Shown here one piece after another: positions 56,791 through 64,000 of a stretch of 64,000 nt of DNA (positions within the stretch are counted from its first letter, which is position 1; each line of letters begins with the position of its first letter). The stretch comes from Nitrospirota bacterium. GTDB taxonomy: Bacteria; Nitrospirota; Thermodesulfovibrionia; UBA6902. The stretch is taken from positions 33,854 to 97,853 of the forward strand of contig JACQZF010000048.1 of NCBI GenBank assembly GCA_016213945.1. Reading direction: 5' to 3'. The notes below the pieces were generated by a model. That model was not told the DNA's origin and searched no databases. It worked only from the letters and a program-made list of their open reading frames with translations. Position numbers and translations under genes: made by a program.

Positions 56791-57114
56791 ATGAAGAAGA
56801 TTCTTTTGGTGATCTCAATGATGCTTGTTCTTGCTATTACTATGCTGGGTTGTGCAACAAAAGGTGACCTTGAGAGAGTTCAGTCGCAGCAAATGCTGAC
56901 TGGTGCGAAAGCTGATCAGGCAGCGCAGGATGCGCAGGATGCCAAGGCGGCAGCTGATGCGGCCACGTTAAAGGCAGAGGCTGCCGCAACCCGCGCCGAA
57001 AATGCCCTGAAGATAGCAGAGGAAAGGGAGAAGATAGCAGAGGAAAAGGCGAAGATGGCAGATGAAAAAGCGAAGATGGCTGACGACATGTTCCAGAAAT
57101 CAATGAAGAAGTAA
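56791..57114 (+). CDS. Lpp (Braun)-like alanine-rich coiled-coil lipoprotein ending in Lys
   Basis: Lipobox LGC, Ala/Lys/Glu-rich heptads, and the terminal sequence ...SMKK. Confidence 0.6.
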   Translation: MKKILLVISMMLVLAITMLGCATKGDLERVQSQQMLTGAKADQAAQDAQDAKAAADAATLKAEAAATRAENALKIAEEREKIAEEKAKMADEKAKMADDMFQKSMKK

Positions 57115-57149
57115 GTCAATTTTATGGGAGTGTAGGGGCAATTCATGAA

Positions 57150-58178
57150 TTGCCCCTACACTCTTATGTATTAACGAACACGAAGGGATATATGGGTAAA
57201 AAGCAAAGTAGGACAGGTGAGCATTTTTACTTTTTCTTTGTCTGCATCATAATAACACCAATTTTAATATGCGGATGCAGTCACCTTAATGAGGGATTTC
57301 GGGCCAAGTCAACCTTCAAGGAAGCGAATGATCTTTTCAGCCAGGGAAGCTATAAGGCCTCTCTGAGCAAATATGAGCAGCTTATTGAAAAATATCCTGC
57401 GGCGGGAGACAGGGTTCTTTTCGAGATGGGTATTATTTATGCGTATCCTATAAATGAGCAAAAAGATTATCAGAAATCTCTGGAATGTTTTCAGAAACTA
57501 ATAAAGGATTACCCGGAGAGTGGGTACAGGAAGGACAGTGAGATGATGATATTCCAGATCAATAATGTCATCTTCAAAGATAAGACGATTGGTACGCAGC
57601 AAACACAGATTGAGACTCTCCAGCAAGAAGTCAAAAGCAGAGGGCATGAGATTATTACACTGCAAGAAAAGATCGAAGCGCTTGAACAAGAGGTCAAGAG
57701 CAAAGAGAATGAGATTATTACACTGCAAAAAGAGGTTTTTGCACTCCAGAAGGGACCGGCAGATAAGATTCTGATAGAAAAGAAAGAGCGACGATTGACA
57801 TTGCTCTCAAAGGGCAAGGCGATCAAGACCTACAACATAGCCTTGGGGGGGAACCCGAATGGTCCAAAAGAAAGGCAAGGCGATAACAAAACCCCGGAGG
57901 GAATCTACGTTATCGATTCAAGAAACAGGGACAGCCCTTATCACCTGTCTCTTCATATTTCCTATCCAAACGAGAAGGACAAAAAGCGGGCAAAAGAACT
58001 TGGTGTTTCTCCGGGCGGAGACATCATGATCCACGGCATTAAGAATGGTTTCTCGTGGGTTGGTAATTTGCACACAGAGGTTGACTGGACGAAAGGGTGT
58101 ATTGCCGTTACAGACGAAGAAATAGAGGAAATTGACAAGTTAGCGCCAAATGGTACGATTGTTGAGATAAGGCCATAG
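57150..58178 (+). CDS. L,D-transpeptidase (YkuD domain) with an N-terminal TPR-like region and a coiled-coil repeat
   Basis: It ends ...HLSLHISYPN...GDIMIHG...WTKGCIAVT, with a QEVKS..EIITLQ repeat. Confidence 0.75.
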   Translation: MPLHSYVLTNTKGYMGKKQSRTGEHFYFFFVCIIITPILICGCSHLNEGFRAKSTFKEANDLFSQGSYKASLSKYEQLIEKYPAAGDRVLFEMGIIYAYPINEQKDYQKSLECFQKLIKDYPESGYRKDSEMMIFQINNVIFKDKTIGTQQTQIETLQQEVKSRGHEIITLQEKIEALEQEVKSKENEIITLQKEVFALQKGPADKILIEKKERRLTLLSKGKAIKTYNIALGGNPNGPKERQGDNKTPEGIYVIDSRNRDSPYHLSLHISYPNEKDKKRAKELGVSPGGDIMIHGIKNGFSWVGNLHTEVDWTKGCIAVTDEEIEEIDKLAPNGTIVEIRP

Positions 58179-58432
58179 AAGGCCGCATAACTTATCATGC
58201 TACCGATCATTCTACCGAATCTCAGGAGGAATCGCTCGGAGGGGGTCACAAAAAAGGTCACAGTGATGAAGAAAAAGGGGCTACGATTGCCGTAACCCCC
58301 TTAATATTGCTGGCGTCCCTTTATTGATGAATTCAGAACCTGGCTGATTCAGAATGCGGCATGAAAGACAGAATAGTGAACTATTTCTACGAAAGCAAAT
58401 TTATACGCTAATTTTTTTGCTTTCAGGCAAAT

Positions 58433-58888
58433 TTGTTGTATAATGTGAACATGCTGAAGGACAGGTATCTGGCATCTTATATCCTTGAGGATCTTAAGGA
58501 GAAAATGGTCTTTGTCGGCGGGCCTCGTCAGGTCGGAAAGACTACTCTCTGCCGTAAAATTGTTGCATCTCATTTTAGAAATCACGCGTATTTCAACTGG
58601 GACAACAGGGCGGACAGAAAAACCATTACCGCCTCTTCCTGGCCTGGGGATGCTGAACTCCTCATTTTTGATGAGATACATAAATACCGGCGGTGGAAAG
58701 GTCTCATCAAAGGCGAGTACGATAAGTTGAAAGAGATATATAAATTCCTCGTTACGGGCAGCGCACGGCTTGATCTTTATCGTAGGGGCAGCGATTCACT
58801 TCAAGTGGTAAAGCCGAACCATATCGATAAGCTTGAGAAAGGGATTAGAATCATTTCAGCAGGGAAATTCCTTTCCGGGCTAATCTGA
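58433..58888 (+). pseudogene. Truncated AAA_14/DUF4143-family ATPase (N-terminal ~125 aa only)
   Basis: Walker A GGPRQVGKTT and ...LVTGSARLDLYRRGSDSL are present, then similarity is lost. Full-length homologues are ~400 aa. Confidence 0.5.
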
Positions 58889-59247
58889 TACATTTTTAAT
58901 CCAACAAGTCGAGAGTGGGTGGCAAGGTTACAATTTATTAAACTTGAACTACACATAATTGACCAAACCAAATCTTCTGTCTGTTGACAACACCTCATTG
59001 CTATATGTTTTAATATCCTACCTTTTGGGGGGGCACATTGGCTGAGAAATATTTCAACAACAAAAGATTCTTGTGACTTAATAACAAGTTTTTTTAAAAG
59101 GCATTTTATCTGCCTGTATTAATAAAACATTTTCTAATGAGAGGATGCCGATATGAAGGGGACATGGCTGCATTTAAAAAAAGACACCAAACTTTTTTGA
59201 GTGGAAAAAAATCAAGTCGGCATCCTCTCTCCGGATCAGGTCCTGAC

Positions 59248-60081
59248 ATGTTTATAAGGATCATCTTAGCAGCGCTATTTCTTGTCGTACCCGCCTGGCC
59301 AGGCGTAAATGCCCTGGAAATCATGCTGCCTCAGGTTTATGAGCAAGGCATTGATGTCTCTAACTGGCTGATGAGCGAAAAACTTGATGGGGTGAGGGGC
59401 TATTGGGACGGCCGGCAACTGCTCTCGAAAAACGGGGCACCGTTTCATCCACCTTCGAGCTTTGTCAGGAATTTTCCGGATTTTGCGATCGAAGGCGAAA
59501 TATGGGGTGGTAGAAACACCTTTGAGAAAACCGTCGGAATAGTCAAAAAACAGGGACCCCATGACGGTTGGCTGGATTTGAAATTCGCCGTATTCGATGT
59601 CCCGGCAGCAGAAGGAGGCTTTGAAGAGCGGCTGAAGGTCGCAGAGGAATGGTTTATAAAGAACCCTTCCAGATATGCCTTTGTCATAGAGCACACCCCC
59701 ATTAAAAACAGCAGGCATTTACAGCAGGAATTAAAAAAGGTGGAAGCTCTGGAAGGTGAAGGGATAATCCTCAGAAGACCCGGTTCTCCATATACAAAGG
59801 GCCGAAGCGGAGACATCCTGAAAGTCAAAAGCTATTCGGACATGGAAGCTGTAGTAATAGGTCATATTCCCGGACAAGGCAGAAACGAAGGCAGGATGGG
59901 ATCTTTACTCGTGGAATTGCCGGGCAGCCAAACGATATTCAAAATAGGCACAGGCTTTTCCGACGAAATCAGGAAAAATCCTCCCACCGTAGGGTCGCTC
60001 ATCACCTTCAAGTATTACGGCTTCTACGAATCCGGAATTCCCAAATTCCCTTCTTTCATGAGGATCAGAGAAGAATTCTGA
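59248..60081 (+). CDS. LigE-type minimal ATP-dependent DNA ligase with an N-terminal signal peptide
   Basis: Motif I SEKLDGVRG (KxDG) and motifs III-V (AIEGEIW, EGIILRRPGSPYTKGRS). The signal peptide reads MFIRIILAALFLVVPAWPGVNA. Confidence 0.65.
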   Translation: MFIRIILAALFLVVPAWPGVNALEIMLPQVYEQGIDVSNWLMSEKLDGVRGYWDGRQLLSKNGAPFHPPSSFVRNFPDFAIEGEIWGGRNTFEKTVGIVKKQGPHDGWLDLKFAVFDVPAAEGGFEERLKVAEEWFIKNPSRYAFVIEHTPIKNSRHLQQELKKVEALEGEGIILRRPGSPYTKGRSGDILKVKSYSDMEAVVIGHIPGQGRNEGRMGSLLVELPGSQTIFKIGTGFSDEIRKNPPTVGSLITFKYYGFYESGIPKFPSFMRIREEF

Positions 60082-60727
60082 CACGGCTTGCGACTTGATG
60101 TTAAAGTGTTATCCCGAAGAAAAGAAGGTGTTTCTGACCGAGGAAGCTGTCCGAGCTTATAGCGCTTGGTGTACTTTATTTCCCCGCCAAAGAAGGTAGC
60201 TGACATCTTATGAGCTTCGTCACAGACTATAAGATCCCAGCGGCAATCCGGGGTCTTGAGCTTTTCCTGAACAGCTTCATTGCGGGACAATTTATCCAGC
60301 CGCGCTATAACGAGATTTGTCTCCAGGAACCAGTTACCAGTTCGCGCTGCCTCCAGCTTATCATTAGTGAGAATCTCAAAAGGCAGATGGAAGCGCCGAT
60401 AAAGTTCATCCTGCCACTGCTCAGCCAGGCTGCCGGGACAAACCTCAAGACACCTTTGGAGATCGCCGCGTACAATAAGTTCTTTGATTAGGAGCCCAGC
60501 CATGATCGTCTTGCCGGCGCCGCTTCATCATGGCGGTAAAGCAATTCGTTGGCAACACTGCCAGTCGGGGTCTTGTATGTAAGTTCAAGTGCTTCAGAGC
60601 CAAACCATTGAATATTAACCACGGTAACAAGGCTATTCGGTAGAATTCCTCTAACTGATGCATTAGGTTTTAAGTCTTCAAGCTTGCTCATAAGTATCCC
60701 CTTTGAATTGTTCCCTTCCTGGTGCAT
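60024..60727 (-). pseudogene. Fragments of an SNF2/DEAD-box family helicase gene (two ORFs in different frames, truncated by the ligase gene)
   Basis: DEAH-box LIVCDEAHKM in the 159-aa ORF. The 79-aa upstream ORF resembles SNF2-helicase N-termini. Confidence 0.45.
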
Positions 60728-61023
60728 TTTGCGCGTTTATGGCGTATTTGAAAAATGTCCCGATTGTCCCCATTATGTCCCCTTTCATTTTCTGCTCATA
60801 CCTGGTTCCCATCAACCTTTTCATGTCTTCTTTGTCCGGCTTTCTCTGTAAGGCATTTGGGGCATATTCAAGACAATTCCTGATCCGGTTGGCCCCTTAG
60901 CCCGATCTTACCATCATCCACATTACCCTTTTTATTACCCTCTGTTAGATGTATTACCTTTTGTCTTTCAGAGTGCCGCTCTATTTTACCTAATTCATTA
61001 CCTAATTAAATGGATATTACCTA

Positions 61024-61800
61024 TTACCTCTTTTCCCACTGGGCATTCTGTCCCCGACCGAGACATTTGACCTGTCCGGATGCTTTCATTGTCTTTAACA
61101 CCCGCCGGATCATATCCAAACTGACCCCGGGACACTCCCTCTGCATATCGCTAATGCGAAAAGGGGCAAAAGTCTTTTCAATTGCAGATTTGATCATCTC
61201 CGTCTTTGCGCCTTTCGGCGACCTCAATTGTCCTACCCGCTCCTCAAAATCACGATAGGCCGTTTTGAGCGTAAAGAGTACGTAATTGATAAAAGGCCAG
61301 GGATCATTTTTGCCTTTATGCCAGTCTTGAGAGCTTTGCTCCAGAGTTTCATAATAACGATCCTTGCTCTGTTCTATAATCCGCTCGATGCTGATATAGC
61401 GTCCGACTTCATAGCCCAAATGGTAACTTTGAAGCAATAGAAGAAGCCTTGAAGCCCTGCCGTTTCCGTCACGGAAGGGATGAATACACAGGAAATCAAG
61501 GTTGAATGCCGCAAGTGCTATCATGGGATGCACCCATTTTTCGCGGAGGCATCGGTTCCACATCTCAAGCAGCTTTGCCATATATTCAGAGGTCCTGTCA
61601 GCAGGCACTGTCTTAAAACGTATCCGGGATGTCCCATCAGGATATTTTTCAATTATATCGCTGTCCTGTTCCTTGTATTTTCCGGCATCCCATATCTGCC
61701 CCCGAGAAAGTTTATGCAGTTTGAGTATGGTATCCTCTGAAGCCGGGAGTTTGATGCCTTGCTCATGAATCAGTTTAAGAGCGTTGCGATACCCTCTCAC
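61024..61800 (-). CDS. Fic/Doc family protein
   Basis: HPFRDGNGRASR motif. Confidence 0.85.
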   Translation of the reverse strand: MRGYRNALKLIHEQGIKLPASEDTILKLHKLSRGQIWDAGKYKEQDSDIIEKYPDGTSRIRFKTVPADRTSEYMAKLLEMWNRCLREKWVHPMIALAAFNLDFLCIHPFRDGNGRASRLLLLLQSYHLGYEVGRYISIERIIEQSKDRYYETLEQSSQDWHKGKNDPWPFINYVLFTLKTAYRDFEERVGQLRSPKGAKTEMIKSAIEKTFAPFRISDMQRECPGVSLDMIRRVLKTMKASGQVKCLGRGQNAQWEKR

Positions 61801-62229
61801 TTCCTCCTCATCACGGTCGCGTAAATGTGATTTGCCGAGTATAAAATTGCTTTAATGTCATCATGCTTGTTTTCCCCCGTAAGGAGTCCGCTCTTCCCTC
61901 ACCTGTATCGACTCGTCAAATAACGGGCTTTCAATAATCAGACCTTCTCGAAATGGGAGATTGTTCATTTAACTAATAAAAAACCTGCCTCTCAGAGAAT
62001 GAAATATTATATATTAAACGAGCAAAAAGAGAGTGAAAAAGAAGGTGAGAATTTTATGCTCATTTACATGCAAACCAAAGTTATTATGATGAGGGAATAC
62101 GGATTTTAGAACTCGCTAACCATGCGTATGAATTATATAAAGTGAACAATCATCAGGAAAGGGCTAAATTACTGAAAACCGTACTTTCGAACTGCTCCCT
62201 GAAAGACGGAACTCCTTATCCCATTTATA

Positions 62230-62262
62230 AAAATCCCTTTGGCATGATAGCCAAAGGGATTC
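62230..62262 (-). terminator. Hairpin AATCCCTTTGG-N8-CCAAAGGGATT followed by a T/A-rich tract on the minus strand; terminator of the tRNA-Lys/tRNA-Glu unit
   Basis: Perfect 11-bp inverted repeat immediately 3' of tRNA-Glu. Confidence 0.5.
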
Positions 62263-62273
62263 AAAATGAGAGC

Positions 62274-62351
62274 TGGCGTCCCCAAAGGGATTCGAACCCT
62301 TGTTACCGCCGTGAAAGGGCGATGTCCTAGGCCGGGCTAGACGATGGGGAC
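62274..62351 (-). tRNA. tRNA-Glu (UUC)
   Basis: Cloverleaf: acceptor GUCCCCA/UGGGGAC, anticodon loop CUUUCAC, T-loop GGUUCGAAUCC, CCA encoded. It is very similar to the bacterial tRNA-Glu consensus. Confidence 0.85.
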
Positions 62352-62353
62352 AC

Positions 62354-62429
62354 TGGTGAGCCGCGTTGGATTCGAACCAACGACCCACGCCTTAAAAGGG
62401 CGTTGCTCTACCAACTGAGCTAGCGGCCC
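62354..62429 (-). tRNA. tRNA-Lys (UUU)
   Basis: Acceptor GGGCCGC/GCGGCUC, anticodon loop CUUUUAA, T-loop GGUUCGAAUCC, CCA encoded. Confidence 0.85.
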
Positions 62430-62575
62430 TTTTTAAAAGGGCTTAATCCGTTACCCGGTAATAACGGACAATTAGTATAGCAAAAAGTTTAATTAAAAAA
62501 AAACAGGCTTAGTTTTAGCGCTAAGCAGTCAGCAAATGTATTTTATAATTTGATTTACTCGTTACACATTACCCG

Positions 62576-63928
<1,353 letters not shown>

Positions 63929-64000
63929 TTAATTAGACAGGCAGATGAATCTGCTTTACTGAAAGGATATTCGGAAGTTTCTTGATCTCGGAAAGGACAT

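Noticed and set aside
57565-57774. Nucleotide-level repeat in the second L,D-transpeptidase gene
   Set aside because: It reflects a protein-level coiled-coil repeat (QEVKS..EIITLQ twice), not a short tandem-repeat element.
62251-62266. Partial direct duplication of the tRNA-Glu 3' end (CCAAAGGGATTC), considered as an integrative-element att site
   Set aside because: Together with AATCCCTTTGG it forms a perfect inverted repeat plus a T/A tract immediately 3' of the tRNA. This is better explained as the tRNA operon terminator. No integrase lies adjacent.
62142-62388. ORFs 62142..62330 (+) and 62164..62388 (-) from the six-frame track
   Set aside because: They overlap the tRNA-Glu and tRNA-Lys genes, which fold into canonical cloverleafs. 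Spurious.

Overview
This 64 kb window is bacterial chromosome from a Gram-negative-type, probably anaerobic organism with roughly 48% GC; the lineage cannot be assigned from sequence alone. About 65 genes can be called, most of them housekeeping. Nothing in the window is obviously a new multi-gene system. The strongest novelty signal is a set of interspersed small-repeat families: 7/8-bp tandem repeats (some in-frame inside cbiD and thiL), a palindromic REP-like element family, and a 19-bp dispersed motif. The main content is: (a) a defence patch with a truncated, frameshifted MmeI/PglX-like methyltransferase tail, a DUF433/DUF5615 toxin-antitoxin-like pair, and a Type III R-M system whose mod and res genes are separated by an inserted vapBC pair; (b) a three-gene archaeal-type glutamate synthase in which the GXGXG domain is fused to a GltD-like FAD/NADPH oxidoreductase and ferredoxin domains; (c) stress, transport and signalling genes (Slp, Tpx, UspA, MFS transporter, acetyl-CoA synthetase, a Ser/Thr kinase-USP fusion with a metallophosphoesterase partner, a cNMP-binding protein); (d) core genes galU, lon, thiL, cbiD, manC, hypF, dinB/lexA, dus, maf and purA; (e) a nitric-oxide reductase cluster with NorB, a NorC fused to an extra cytochrome c domain, an HPP/CBS pair and a NapH/CcoG-like polyferredoxin; (f) an Lpp-like C-terminal-lysine lipoprotein bracketed by two L,D-transpeptidases; (g) a decayed island next to tRNA-Lys and tRNA-Glu carrying an AAA_14 fragment, a signal-peptide LigE-type DNA ligase, SNF2-helicase fragments and a Fic protein. 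At least six copies of a REP-like palindromic element (termini GTCATTCC...GGAATGAC) occupy intergenic gaps. A 19-bp motif TTTCTCCGTGCCTCTGTG occurs at three gene 5' ends. Many blocks of 7- or 8-bp tandem repeats occur, including at least six in-frame blocks inside cbiD and two inside thiL.
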